From: the human T2T-CHM13v2.0 reference genome, Homo sapiens
Strand: one strand, 5' to 3'
Length of the DNA stretch: 64,000 nucleotides
NCBI RefSeq assembly: GCF_009914755.1
Contig: NC_060932.1
A program made the translations under genes and the position numbers. The notes below the pieces were generated by a model. That model searched no databases, was not told where the DNA came from, and was given only the letters and a program-made list of their open reading frames with translations. Shown in pieces: positions 16,081-29,782 of the stretch (position 1 is the stretch's first letter; each line of letters opens with the position of its first letter).

Positions 16081-17079
16081 CACCCAATGAGCTGTCACTA
16101 CATACCTGTCAGAATGTCAGAAAGGCTAAGATGAAAAATACTGAGAACACCAAATGCTGAAGAGAATGTGGAGAAACCAGATCACTCTTACGTTGCATGT
16201 GGGAATGTAAAATAACACAGCCACTCTGGAAAAATGGCAGTTTCTTTAAACACTAAACATGCAGCTACCATACATCCTAGCTGTTGCACCCCTGGACATT
16301 TATCCCAGATAAATGAAGAGTTAGGTTGACTCAAAAACCTATACACAGATGTTCATAGTAGTTTTATTCAGAATGGCCAAAAACTGGAAACAGGCTAGAG
16401 ACATTGGGTTGAAGGACACTTTAGTGGCTGCATGGTTACAGTGTGGTCCATCTATACCATGGAATACTACTCAACAATAAGAAGGGGGAAACTACAGATA
16501 CTATACAGCAATCTGGATAAATCTGGAGAGAACTATGCTTAGTGAATCAAGCCATTCTCAAAAGGTTGATCCTGTATTATCCCATCTGTGTAACTTTCTT
16601 GAAATGATAAAAATTTTTGTAACAATGTACTAATAATGTAGTTTTGTATGAAGTCACTACTGGGGGGAAACTACATAAATGTTACACGGGATTCTTCTGT
16701 ATTATTTCTTACACCTGCATGTGAATCTGTAATTATCTTAAAACAAAAAGTTTAATCAAAAAATAACTGTGTACATCCAACTTAAACTGATTGAGTCCTT
16801 TAACACCATGATGACAGTTTTAAAAATGAGAATTCATCAGGAAGAAGCCTCCTAACCACAATAAAATACTAATGTTAGAATATGGAATATGGCTATAGAA
16901 GCTTGTTGGTATTTTATGAATTCTTGAAGAATACAGATTTTCAAATTACTAGATTTTTGCTCTGTATGTTGCGTTTCTGCACAGGGCAAACTTTTATACA
17001 AATAGTTCCCTCCATATATGTTTAGCATATGCCTAGCAAATAATAATTAATGTTGAGATTTTTATTATGCATAGACTTT

Positions 17080-17399
<320 letters not shown>

Positions 17400-17631
17400 T
17401 AATTACATTTCTCAGAAGCAGCTAAAGATGAAATTGTACTAATATGGAATAAGAAAGTCCTGGTTAGAAGAAAAACCGCATTCATTCACAATGTCCACAT
17501 GACAGATTTTTAAGTAAAAGGCATTTTTAGGACAATACACTTTTATTCATTAGCTTATTTTTCTACATCATGTATATCAAAGCATTTTGGTAGGCTCACA
17601 ATGAAGTTGATAGAGCTGGTGTTAAGCCTCA

Positions 17632-17920
17632 TTTTATTTTGTTTTTTTGAGACAGGGTCTCACTCTGTCACCCAGGCTGGGGTACTGTGGTTTGAACTGT
17701 AGCCTCAACCTCTTGGGCTCAAGTGATCCTCCTGCTTAAGCCTCCCAAGTAGCTGGAATGACAGGTGTGTGCCACCATGCCCAGCTAATTTTTTTTTTTT
17801 TGTAGAGGCAAAGTCTTGCCATGTTGCCCAGGCTGGTCTCAGACTCCTGGGTTCAAGATATCCTCCCACCTTAGCCTCCCAACGTGCTGGGATTACAGGC
17901 TCAAGCCACTGTGCCTGGGC
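17632..17920 (-). mobile_element. Alu (AluJ-like)
   Basis: Reverse dimeric Alu. Confidence 0.9.
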
Positions 17921-19489
17921 AGCCTGCTCTTAAAAATTAACTTAATCGGTACTATCACTTAAAAAAGTAAACCCTTATAGACATCATCTAGTTTTAGAAG
18001 TTACCACCGTGTAGACATTTTGAGTCTTATATCCCATTTGTTGAGCAAATGCCAGAAATATTTTTACCTATAAATATTTCGATATAAGTAATTTTAAAAA
18101 ATATAACACAATACCATTATCATATATAACTTAACAGCAATTCCTTAATATCTAATATAAAGTCTTAATGTCATCCCTTTTATTTCATTCAACAAGTAAT
18201 ATTGGAAAACAAGTATTTAGTTTATTTGGGATCAAGGAAGACTAACAAAAGGGTTTCTTCCTCCTTAGAGAAGTAGGAAGGAGGAGAACTAAACCAGCAC
18301 TTATTTGGTATCTGCCTTTTGATAGGCATTCACCATCAGTTCCTATGGCAGGAGAGCCAAGACCAAACTATGCTGCTGACAAATTACAATATACTGTCTC
18401 AGAGATTTAAGCAAGAATTATCCTGCAGAATTAGATCCAAGGAGGTAAATGTTAGGCATGCATGGCCCATTGATTCTTGATCAGGTTGACCCTTGGACTT
18501 AGAAAGAAACAGCAATTACAGTAATTATGGGGAAGTTTGTTCTAAGTGCTATGCCTTATGTTTTTGCTTTTCAAGGGCTCAGATTTGCCTAACTATGCCA
18601 TCCTTTTGTTCCTTAGGAGAATAAGCAGAGCTCTATGGGAGAGGCGGTTTAGCACAGTGGGTAGAAACTGACCGTGGGCTCAGACAGGATCTATCCTCAG
18701 CTTGCTCTCTGGAGGACTCTCTTCTATGAGAGCTGATCATGTGATGGGTTAAGAATAAGGCAGGTATTCTAATGACACATCCCACTTGTCTAGTGACAGT
18801 GGTGGTTGGTGTTGGGACATTTCAGAGAAGGTCATCATCCTGTTTTTTATAATCTGTTGAGAATTATTCACAACCCAGCTGATCCTTGGCACCTATGTGT
18901 AGAGAAATTTTAATGCACAGGGAACCCTCTTAAAAGATTTTTTAGACTATTATTATTTGTTAAGATTAAATATAAATGGCACATTGATGATGTTTAGAAT
19001 TGGACCTGTTTCCTTTTGATGTTGTGCTGTAGTCTATTTATACATGTTCACCAAGACCCAGTTACTGTAATACAAGTGGACACCATGAAGTTTAACTGTT
19101 ACAGTTCCCTGTAAGGGATTGGATAATTTACAGCATAAGATAACAACAGCTTTGTTCCAGCACTAGCTGTGTTGTTGCTGGAAATAAGTTTACTATTAGT
19201 CTATAGATTTCCTATTAATCAGCTTTATGATTTCATCCAAGAAGGATCTGTTGAGGGGGAAAAGAGGCAACGTGGTAAATGAATGCAAAGGATATCTCCT
19301 CATAACACAGAATTATCTCGTCCAAAATGTCAGCAGTATTGAGATTGAGAAACACTGAATTAGAATAATAAAACACAGTTCAACTCAAGGAAATGAAGCA
19401 CCCACTCAGCATAATATATGAATCCCCTTTATTCACTTAGTAATAGGAGGGATGGTGCTATGATATTATTATTAAAAATGAGTGCAAAT

Positions 19490-19607
19490 GTCATAGCTTA
19501 TGCCTGTAATCCTGGTATTTTGGGAGGCTGAAGCAGGAAGATTACTTGACGCCAGGAGTTCAAGACCAGCCTAGCCAACATAGCAAGACCCTGTCTCTAT
19601 TTAAAAA
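19490..19607 (+). mobile_element. Alu left monomer (FLAM-C-like) with GA-rich tail
   Basis: GCCTGTAATCC...GCCAGGAGTTCAAGACCAGCCT. Confidence 0.8.
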
Positions 19608-19686
19608 GACAGAAAGAGAGGGAGAGGGAGGAGAAGAAAGAAAAGAAAAGAAGAAAGAAAATAGATGCTTGATTGATAGACAGACA

Positions 19687-21570
19687 GATAGGGTTTGGAT
19701 CTGTGTCCCTGCCCAAATCTCATATTGAATTCTAATCCCCATTGTTGGAGGTGGGGCCTGGTGGGAGGTGATTAGATCACGGGAGCAGTTTCTTATGAGT
19801 GGTTTAACACCATACCGCTTGGTGCAGTTCTTGTGATAGTTCTAATGAGATCTGATTGTTTAAAAGCATGTAGTACCTCCCACCTCTTTCTCTTTCTCCT
19901 GCTGTGGTCACGTGAAGTGCCTCGCTCCCCCTTTGCCTTGTGCCATGATTGTAAGTTTCCTGAGGCCTCCCCAGAAGCTGAGCAGATACCACTATCATGC
20001 TTCCTGTACAGCCTGCAGAACCATGATACAATTAAACTTCTTTTCTTTATAAATTACCCAGTCTCAGGTATTTCTTTATAACAGCGGGAGAAAGGACTGA
20101 TACAGAAAATTGGTACTGAGGAGTGGGGCTTTGTTATAAAGATACCTCAAAATGTGGAAACAACTTTGGAACTGGGTAATGAGCAGAGGTTGGAAGAGTG
20201 TGGAGGGCTCAGAAGATGAGGAAAAATTTGGAACTTCTTAGAGACTGCTTGAATTGTGACCAAAATGCTGATAATGATGTGGACAATGAAACCCAGGCTG
20301 AGGAGGTCTCAGATGGAGATTAGAAAATTATTGGGGACTGGAGCAAAGGTCACTTTTGTTATGCTTTAGCAAGGAAGCTGGCTGCGTTGTGCCCCTGCCC
20401 TAGGGACCTGTGGAACTTGGAACTTGAATGGTGATGATTTAAGATATCTGGCGGAAAAATTATCTAAGCGACAAAGCATTGAAGATGTGGCCTGGTTGCC
20501 TCTAATAGCCTATCTCATATGTGTGAGCAGAGAAGTGACCTGAAACTGGAACTTAGACTTAAATGGGAAGCAGAGCATAAAGGTGAAAAATTTGTAGCCT
20601 GGCCATGTGGTAGAAAAGAAAAGTCCATTTCAGGAGAGGAATTCAGACAGGCTGCAGAAATTTGCATAAGTAAAAAGGAACCAAATGCTAATAGCCATGA
20701 CAATGGGGAGAAGGCCTGGAAGGCATTTCAGAGACTTCACAGGAGCCCCTCCCTCACAGGCTCAGAGGCCTAGGAAGGAAGAATGGTTTTGTAGGTCAGG
20801 GCCAGGGTCAGGGCCCCACCACCCTGCACAGCCTCAGGACACTACTCCCTGCATCCCAGCCACTTTAGTTCCAGCTGTAGCTCAAAGGGGCCCAGGAAGA
20901 GCTCGGGACACTGTTTCAGAGGGTGCTAGCCACAAGCCTTGGTAGCTTCCATGTGGTGGTAAGCCTGTGGGTGCACAGAGTCCAAGAGTTGAGGCTTGGA
21001 AACCTCTGCCTAGATTTCAGAGAATGTATGGAAAACTTTGGATGTTCAGGCAGAAGCCTACTGCAGGGGTGGAGCCCTCACAGAGCACCTCTTCTAGGGC
21101 AGTGCAGAGGGAAAATGTAGGCTTGGTGCTCCACATAGAGTCCCCACTGGGGCACCACCTAGTGCAGCTGTGAGAAGATGACCACGTCCTCCAGACCCCA
21201 GAATGGTAGATACACCAACAGTTTGCACCCATCACTTGGAAAAGCCACAGGCACTCAGTGCCAGCCAGTGAGAGCAGTGGTGGGGTCTGAACCCTGCAAA
21301 GCCACAGTGGTGGAGCTGCCCAAGGCCTTGGGAGCACACCCATCACACCCCTGTGCCCTGGACGTGGGACATGGAGTCAAAAGATTATTTTGGAGCTTTA
21401 AGATTTGATGACTGCCCTGCTGGGTTTTGAACTTGTATGGCACCTATAGCCCCTTTCTTTTGGCCAATTTTTCGTTTTTGGAATGGGAGTATTTACCCAA
21501 TGCCTGTGTCCCCATTGTATCTTGAAAGTAGCTAACTATTTATTTTACAGGCTCATAGGCAAAAGGGACT
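19687..21570 (+). mobile_element. ERVL-MaLR element: MSTA-like 5' LTR (19687-20104) plus internal region; 3' LTR missing
   Basis: The LTR runs GGTTTGGATCTGTGTCCC...AAATTACCCAGTCTCAGGTATTTCTTTATA...GACTGATACA. The MaLR internal region then starts GAAAATTGGTACTGAG and ends at GGCTCATAGGCAAAAGGGACT. Confidence 0.88.
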
Positions 21571-21609
21571 AATACATATATACATATATATATATAATGC
21601 TTCATTTCA

Positions 21610-21913
21610 AGCTGGGGGTGGTGGCTCACGCCTATAATCCCAGCACTTTGGGAGGCCAAGACGGGCAGATCACCTGAGGTCAGGAGTTCGAGACCAGCTT
21701 GACCAATATGGTGAAACCTCATCTGTACTAAAAATACAAAAATTAGCCGGGCGTGGTGGCTTGCGCCTGTAGTCCCAGCTACTCAGGAGGCTGAGACAGG
21801 AGAATTACTTGAATCAGGGAGGCGGAAGTTGCAGTGAGCTCAAATTGCACCACTGCACTCCAGCCTGGGTGACAGAGTGAGACTCCGTCTTAGAAAACAA
21901 ACAAACAAACAAA
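21610..21913 (+). mobile_element. Alu (AluS-like)
   Basis: Dimer with (AAAC)n tail; TSD AATGCTTCATTTCA. Confidence 0.93.
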
Positions 21914-22489
21914 AATGCTTCATTTCAGTGACACCCTGAGCTGGGAGGGAGTAAAGACTCATAGGCAAAAGGGACTAATACATGTATATAAAATGCTTCA
22001 TTTCAGTGATACCCTGAGCAAGGAGGGAGTAAAGACTAGGAAGTACTGTTAGGAAGTGACACCACTTTTATTTTTGGAGCTGTCTCTGACCTGTGAATCC
22101 TACAGTGAATACTCTTAAATATTTTAGTATCTGTCCAGATGATATTGGTACCCAGATCCTTTAACTATACCTCTGATATTCCAACTGTTTTGCTCTTACC
22201 TGAATTTATGCTGCCTATCTTGAACTAGGATCTTAAATTTAAAATGGCACCCAAGACAACACTTTGAAGTTTATTTCCAAAGAGCATAAGAATAAAATGC
22301 CCTAGTCTTCCTAAACTAGGTGTTACTTAGCGGGAAGAATTTCTCAAGACAGGATCATAGAGAGAGAGAGTACTATCATATACTACATTAATAACACTAA
22401 TATACAACCACATAGATATTTATTGTATACACAAGTAATACTTGGAAAATCTGGATTAAGTAAAAGTCGACAAATTTTTCTAACAGTTG

Positions 22490-22669
22490 CCCAAGCTATA
22501 CCTGGGCCTTTTTGAGCTGCAGCTAGAGCTGGAGTGGCTGAGATACACAAGCAGTGTCCTGAGGCAACACAGGTGGTGGGGCCGTGGCCTGACCTACAAA
22601 ACTGTTCTTCCCTCTTAGGGCCTCCAGGCCTGTGATGGGTTGGGCTCCTGGAAAGTCTCTGAAATGCCT
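22490..22669 (-). mobile_element. MaLR (MST-type) internal fragment, antisense
   Basis: Its reverse complement aligns by eye with 20720-20905. Confidence 0.75.
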
Positions 22670-22890
22670 AAAATTGGAATTGGCGGGGGATGCGTAACAT
22701 CTCTTAACATACCATGGACTGATGTCTGTGTTATTTTGCTTACTCTCTTATTTCATGGTCACTATTATATGTTGTGGTGGGTGCATGGAGACTGCTTTTT
22801 CTTTTTTAAGCTAAACTAAGAATGCCTCATAAGACTTTTCTTTTTTTCGGGTCAATTGTCTTTTTTTTTTTTTTTTTTAAGATTTTTTTG

Positions 22891-23251
<361 letters not shown>

Positions 23252-23343
23252 TCAAGCAGTTCTCCCACCTCGGCCTCCCGAAGTGCTGGGATTATGTCAT
23301 GAGCCACCATGCCCAGCCTACCTAAGTCAGTTGTCTTTTTGAC

Positions 23344-23495
23344 CAGAGCTTCCCAAATACTAATGTACACTTAAGAATTCTGTTAAAATGCAGATTCTGA
23401 TTCAGTAGATCTGTGGTGTGGCCTGGGAGCTTGCATTTGTAACCAGTCCTCAACTAATGTAGATACTGCTGATCCAGGGGTCACACTCTGAAGAG
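23344..23495. mobile_element. MER5-type hAT-Charlie element
   Basis: TGTTAAAATGCAGATTCTGATTCAGTAG.TCTG...GGCCTG...TGCATTT.TAAC...TGCTGATCC. Confidence 0.75.
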
Positions 23496-24159
23496 ATAGA
23501 GAGGCTGTAGAGGAGTCCAGTCTGTTCTATCACAGGACAATCAGGCAGAGTGCTGTCTCCTCCCATTTCCTCAGAGATGTTATTGCTTCAAACCATCTCA
23601 TTATATTCACCCTTTCCTTCTCTATTGATTCTTGGCTCCCAGCATGTAATTAAGTTTCAACCATCTTATAAAATCCTTTCACTCCATTTCTCCTGGATGT
23701 TTTTCCTTCTGGCTTCTATTAAGAGCTGTCTCCATTTCCTTGTTCTTTTTCTCACCTGTCTTCATAGTCTGACTTCTTCCACCACGGCCAAGGTCATCCT
23801 GGTCTTCCTAAAAGCCACAACTAACAAATACTTTTCTGGGTTTTTGTTTGTTTGTTTGTTTTGGTATTTATTTTTACTTTTAGAAAAAGTTTATTATAAA
23901 AAAGTAATTGCATGAAAGAAAGCTTGCAAAATAGAGAATAAGTAAAAGAATAATAAAAACATATCATGCATAATATGTAAAGGCTAGAAGAAAATACACC
24001 AAAATGTTAACAGTAATGATGACTGTATAGGCGCCCAAAAAGCAAGAATTATACCTTTTTTTTTCTGCTTTTCTGTTCTTAGCTTAAACAGTCCTTTGGG
24101 AATATTTGATACTTTTGACTACTCTTCAGTAAACTTCTTTCTTAGCTCCATGACACCGT

Positions 24160-24352
24160 TTTCTTTCTTTTTCTCTTTCTCTCTCTCTCTCTGTGTCTCC
24201 CCGCCCCCGGTCCTGCTCCCTCTCCCTCTTCCTCTCCTTCTTCCTCTCCTTCTTCCTCTCCTTCTTCCTCTCCTTCTCCTCCTTCTCTCTCTCCTCTCTC
24301 TCCTTCTCCTTCTCCTTCTCCTCCTCTCCCTCCCTCCCTCCCTCTTCCTTTA
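24160..24352. repeat. Polypyrimidine compound microsatellite, including (CTCTCCTTCTTC)n
   Basis: Directly visible; it produces the L/S/E/K-rich spurious ORFs. Confidence 0.9.
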
Positions 24353-24699
24353 CCCCCACCCCACCTCACTGGCCTTCCCCAGATTTTTTTTACCAGTTCT
24401 TTGTTCCACTTTGAGATATCACCTAAGTCTGTTACTTCAGGTACCATTTTAGGCTGTATGTTCAGCTCCACCCTGACAGCTGCTGCCTAGACAGTTGTGC
24501 TGAGTGATCTTCACACCCTTCCGATTTAACACATCCAGCTGAACTGATAGCCCTTCTCTATTCTAGTCTACAGATCCTCTATTCTATAGTGTTCTTTCTC
24601 TTACCCCTTGACATTGATTTATTCAGTTAATACGTATCACTTTTCACCTGTTATTGTTTCTGCCTATTAAATATCTCTCCAAATTGTCTTCTGTCATAA

Positions 24700-25285
24700 T
24701 TGTATCCTAATTGGACTTCCTGTCTTCATTTTTCAGTCCCTTACACTGTGACCTCTGGGATCTTTCTAAAAATGAAGGTTGAATGTCTCTCTCCAGTTTT
24801 ATTAACCATGCAGTGGTTCCCCACAGCTTCAGCATCAAACTCCTTAGCTTGGCATGCAGGATGCTTTGATTGCCAACCCCTCACACCATATGCTCTCCAT
24901 AGTAAACTAGGAGTCGATCAGCTTTACAGTGTTCTCTCCCCTTCTCCACAAAAAAGTATTCTCTGCACTTGAAATGCCCTTCCTTCCGACTTGATCCTCC
25001 AAGGGTATGGTTAAGTCTGATCCCTCCTCTGGAATGTGTTCCATGACACCAGCATGTCTTCCTTCTGCCACCAGCCACCACACACAACATCTGAATTGAT
25101 AGACTTCTTCTTCTCCTTATTCCTGTGTTGTCCTGGGCATGAATTCACCTTAGTATGATATCATTGCACTTGTTTGTCATGTCGGCCCACCAAAAGGATT
25201 GAGTTCTTTAAAGACACAGACTCTTTTCATTTCTGCAACCCCCACATGGTAGATAACAAAAGTTTGGATGAGTAAGTATGTATTT
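24700..25285. mobile_element. Degenerate L2 fragments
   Basis: GATCTTTCTAAAA, CAGTGGTTCCC, CAAACTCCTTAGCTTGGCAT and GAAATGCCCTTCC are typical L2 3' motifs. Confidence 0.55.
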
Positions 25286-25426
25286 GCTTCAACCATGTTC
25301 TTCTTCCTTCAGTCTTTCATTCTGGTTATGCTTTGGTCCCATTTGTTACATGTAGGTAGAATTCTGTCCTAAACCTTATCTTTGCCCAAGCATTTTAAAA
25401 CATGAGATTTTAGAAAATCCAGGTGA

Positions 25427-25727
25427 GGCTGGGTATGGTAGCTCACACCTATACTCCCAACACTTAGGGAGGCCAAGGTGGGCAGATCACTTGAGGCCAG
25501 GAGTTTGAGACCAGCCTGGCCCGCATGGCAAAACCTCATCTCTACAAAAAAATAAAAAATTAGCCAGGCATGGTGGGACACGCCTGCTGTACTCCCAGCT
25601 ATGAGGTAGGAGGATCACTTGAGCTCAGGAGGGCAAGGCTTCAGTGAGCTGAGATCATGCCACTGCACTCCAGCCGGGGCAACAAAGGGAGACCCTGTGT
25701 CTCAAAAAAAAAAAAAAAAAAAAAAAA
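25427..25727 (+). mobile_element. Alu (AluJ-like)
   Basis: Dimer with poly(A) tail. Confidence 0.92.
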
Positions 25728-26649
25728 TCCAGACAAGCAAATTGGCCTCTCATCAGGTGCTTCTTCCTTCAGTAGCTGCCTGGAATCTTTGTGGTTTGAA
25801 AAGGCCTTTTTAGGTGGAGAGATGTTCATGTCATAATGGCAGGCTAGGTAAACCCCCACCCTTCCCAGAAGCCTTATGCTTATGCTGCTGAAGTATTTAT
25901 GCTACTGAAGTACTAGATACCACCAAGACTATAGCTGAAAATACAACCAGCTAACCCTAAGACAGATTGCAGTAACCCACCAAGCCACCTAAACTGACAG
26001 GATAGATGAATTTCTATGTCCAGAGAGAACACATGACTTACTAAGACATTAGTAACTAGGAAGACTACCAGTTTCAAGTCCCCTTGCTAATACCTGCATT
26101 CTGTCTCAGTACTTGAAAGTCTGTAGACTTTATTTGCATTGAGGGACCATCTTGTCTTGGGCTTTGTTGTAACTGGTGGAATGAGTATTTTTATGTAGCT
26201 GTAATGAGGTTGTAAACTGAAGGCTTTGTTTCCCCCTTAAATCTATTCTGAGTGTTAAGCCCATGGATGCATACCACAAGACTTCAGTGGAAATCTGACC
26301 TGGCCTTCCTCAGCAGTTTTCCAGTATCCCTTGAGGATAGCTTAGTTTAATAAATATTTACCACTCTCCTCCACATTTTGGTAGACTTGGCTGACTAGCA
26401 TCAGCTTCTTCACCTCTAATTTGGCCATCATCCCCGGAACTTCATAGATGATCCAAACTCTGACTTTGAAAGTTGCATCCATTTTCTGTACTTCTAAACC
26501 AGGGTGGCTAAACATTACCCAAGAAAATTATGCTAATAAATGCATGTCATATACTTACACACTCACATTTATCTGTAGCTTATATTCCCATATAAGTGCA
26601 CAATTATATAGATCGCCATCTACCAAGAGTTTCCCACTTGTACGATGTA

Positions 26650-27375
26650 TTAGAATTCCACGTGTCTAAAAGAAATTTTTCATTCCTTCCTTGAAAACTG
26701 ATTTTCTTCCTTTTTAATTTATCTCAATTCATGGTATACCCTTTTATCTCATCACTTAAACCAAAAGCGGAGTCATCCATAAACATATCACCATTTTACT
26801 CTGTCACTTAAAGTCCTGTTAATTTCTTCACAACAGATATTAGGTTTGAGCTTTGCCATTCATTCTCGTTGCCACCATCTGACCTTTCTTTCTTGGGTCA
26901 TTGCTCTGGACTCCTCAGTCTCCCTGTGGCCAGTATCGCCCCCTTGTGATTCATTCTCTAAACTCTCCTCTGATTTTGTCCCTCCCCTGCTTCCTACCTT
27001 TTCAGGGTTCCTCTGCCTATAGGGCCACATCTCTAACTTTATCTCACGTTCCTGGCCGTCCTCAGCTTCCAACAGAATTGAACTTAAAATCTGCTCCTCT
27101 GTCCAGAATGCCCTTCTTCCCCTCAGTTTTCCTAATATATGAGTGGGAGCTTACCTGTCTTTCAGGCCTTCACTTGCAGGGCTTTTCTCTCTCAGAAGTG
27201 GTCATGCTACCTTATTCATCTAAGCAACTGAAGGTTTTTCTTCTATGTTCGCATATTGGATGCATATCTATCCTATATACCACATCCTTGAGATGTAAGG
27301 TATTCATATTTATCTGAGTGTCCTCAGTGCCTGGTACAAATCAAGCACTCAGGAAATGCTTATTAAATGGAAGAA
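26650..27375. mobile_element. Degenerate L2 fragments
   Basis: GGAGTCATCC, GAATGCCCTTC and CAGTGCCTGGTACA...GCACTCAG.AAATGCTT. Confidence 0.55.
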
Positions 27376-27715
27376 CTAAATTGCTAAGGAATTAAACATT
27401 TTTGTGTTACCTCTGACAGAAAGTAGGAACAGGAAATTCTTTTTTTAATTGAAAACATTTTAATATTTACTTTTGAATATAAATAAGCATTCTAAGAATA
27501 ACTTGGAGTAAAATTTTTCTTTATGAGCTAAGTTTAAATCCACTTGAATTACAAAACGTCAGTCATTGGTTCAGTATACTCAGTACTGAAGAGTAAAATG
27601 CTGCAATATTTATGATTTTTAAAACTATTAAGTTTACATAGAAAACCAATTATTAATCTGCATTGCGCAGCTGTTGCTATGTTATGCTGCAGCAACAAAC
27701 CCTAAAATAAACAAC

Positions 27716-27982
27716 TATTTTTTTTTAAGTTCTGGGATACATGTGCTGAACATACAGGTTTGTTCCATAGGTATACATGTGCCATAGTGGTTTGCTGCAC
27801 CTATCAACCTGTCATCTAGGTTTTAAGCCCCACATGCATTAGGTATTTGTCCTAATGCTCTCCCTCCCCTTTTCCCCAACCTCCCTACAGGTCCCAGTGT
27901 GTGATGTTCCCCTCCCTGTGTCCATGTGTTCTTATTGTTCAACTCCCACTTATGAGTGAGAATATGCAGTGTTTGGTTTTCT
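27716..27982 (-). mobile_element. L1PA 3' end, 5'-truncated
   Basis: TTTAAGTTCTGGGATACATGTGC...CTCCCACTTATGAGTGAGAA. Confidence 0.9.
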
Positions 27983-29064
27983 AGGAACAGGAAATTCTTA
28001 AATGCCATATTCCCCAAACCTTTCTAATCAAATAGTTCTAGTTTCTTCCCCTCTTCAGTTTCCTGCTAAAATTAAGATGTGTTTAGGCTCCCTACTTTCC
28101 TTTAATTAGCATTGATACTGGTGATACTAATTTTTGTAAAGGGTAGGAAAGAGACAAAAGATGTAAATAATACAAATTTTATATACTTCCAAAAATAATC
28201 CTAGAAATCCAATATAATTTCTAGCTAAAAGGGTTTTAAAGGATGTAGGAAGTATATGCTTTTTATGTTCATTTTTAACTGCAACATAAAACAAATGAAA
28301 ATTCCTTTGACTTGTATTAAAGATAGCTGATCCTAATAAAGGAAAGATATATGTAGTGAGAAGACTATTAGATTCTAATCCTGCGTCTGCTGTAATTATG
28401 TGTGGTCTTGGGCAAGTCGTTTCTCCTTTTGCAGCTCAGTCATATCTACAAAATGAGAAAATTATAGATTGTAGATTTAGCAATGGCCCTTTTCCTTCTA
28501 GTGAAACACAGAGAAACTGTATGAGAGAAGTAACACCACAACAGCTCTACTTTGGAACTGGTGATGCTATAGAAAGAGGCGGGGAAGAGGCAGAGGTTCT
28601 CCCTCCACAGGGCTGTCCCTACTCCATCTCATTCCAAAAGGTGGCCCCTGCAGAATTGCCTTGAAATACAGTTTAAAAGCCACTATTGGATGATATACGA
28701 GTTTTTCTTCACTGACCCGAAATCAGATAGAATCACAGAATTTGAAGAAGTTTCTTAAACTCCCTAATATGAAATTCTAGTCTGCTGTGCTTTTCACAGG
28801 ACTCTCCTATCTTTGCCCAATATCTAAGTCTTATTAAATATATTTTATTTTGGGGGGCTCATTGTGCACATTATATGTTGCCAATTCACTTTTTTAAGGT
28901 TTAGCTCTATTTAATCAAGATATATGAATTGACTATAGAGCATTGATCACCATTTCTCTCCTTGACTTTGGAGTGTCTGCAGGGCACATACACATTTAGC
29001 ACCAGTACTCCCTTCTCCTGTTGTTCCCCATGTGTCTTTGCATCCAGACGTTCATGCCAACAGC

Positions 29065-29370
29065 TGACACACCTATTGGGTGCTTACTACATGTCAAGCA
29101 CGGTTTTCAGTGCTTTACATTAACCTTCCTAGCAATCCTATGAAGTGGGCTACATTTATCTTTCCTTTATTAGGATCATTTATCTTTAATACAAGTCAAA
29201 GGAATTTTCATTTGTTTTGTATGTTGCAGTTATAATTGAACATTAAAAAAGCACATATTTCCCACGTTATCATCCTCATTTTACAGAGAGGCTAAGCACT
29301 GGTTCCAGAGCAACACAGCTGGTAAGAAGTGGTACTGGGGTTTGATCCTGGAGAGCCTGGTTCTAGAGCC
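29065..29370. mobile_element. MIR fragments
   Basis: GTGCTTACTACATGTCAAGCAC...AGTGCTTTACAT...ATCCTCATTTTACAGAG..CACAGCTGGTAAG. Confidence 0.65.
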
Positions 29371-29764
29371 CTCAGTAATTCTGTTCATTTTAAAGGTCTA
29401 ACTTCATCCCACAAATACAGATTTTCTTGAAAGCAAAATAAAGTTAACATTAATTTTCTTATTTGTTTACATACTTAGAATTTCTTTTAAGAAATAGTGA
29501 AAACCTTTGTAAATCAGTATAGTGACTGTCCCATAGTAAATACTTAGTATATATTGATTATTATTAACTTAGGCAAATGGATAACTGTAATGTTCATAGC
29601 ATTGACTTTTAGCAGTTGAGAAGAAAAGCCACATTTTAGCTACCTCATATTTCTCAGTTCTAAGAGAAAACTAAAAGTCGCTTGTTTACAAGATACCCTG
29701 CTCTGTAGCATCTGTTCAAGATATTTAAACTGTCCAAAATACTGGTCTTACCTAATTTTTATCA

Positions 29765-29782
29765 TGCCACCAGGTGGCAGCA
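29765..29782 (+). promoter_or_regulatory. CTCF core motif (palindromic)
   Basis: TGCCACCAGGTGGCAGCA matches the CCASYAGRKGGCRS consensus and lies in non-repeat DNA. Confidence 0.7.

Noticed and set aside
20515-21443. Cluster of GC-rich ORFs resembling a coding region
   Set aside because: Lies in the MaLR internal region and is broken in all frames.
24096-24471. Overlapping Leu-, Glu- and Ser-rich ORFs (up to 118 aa)
   Set aside because: Translation of a CT microsatellite that lacks stop codons.
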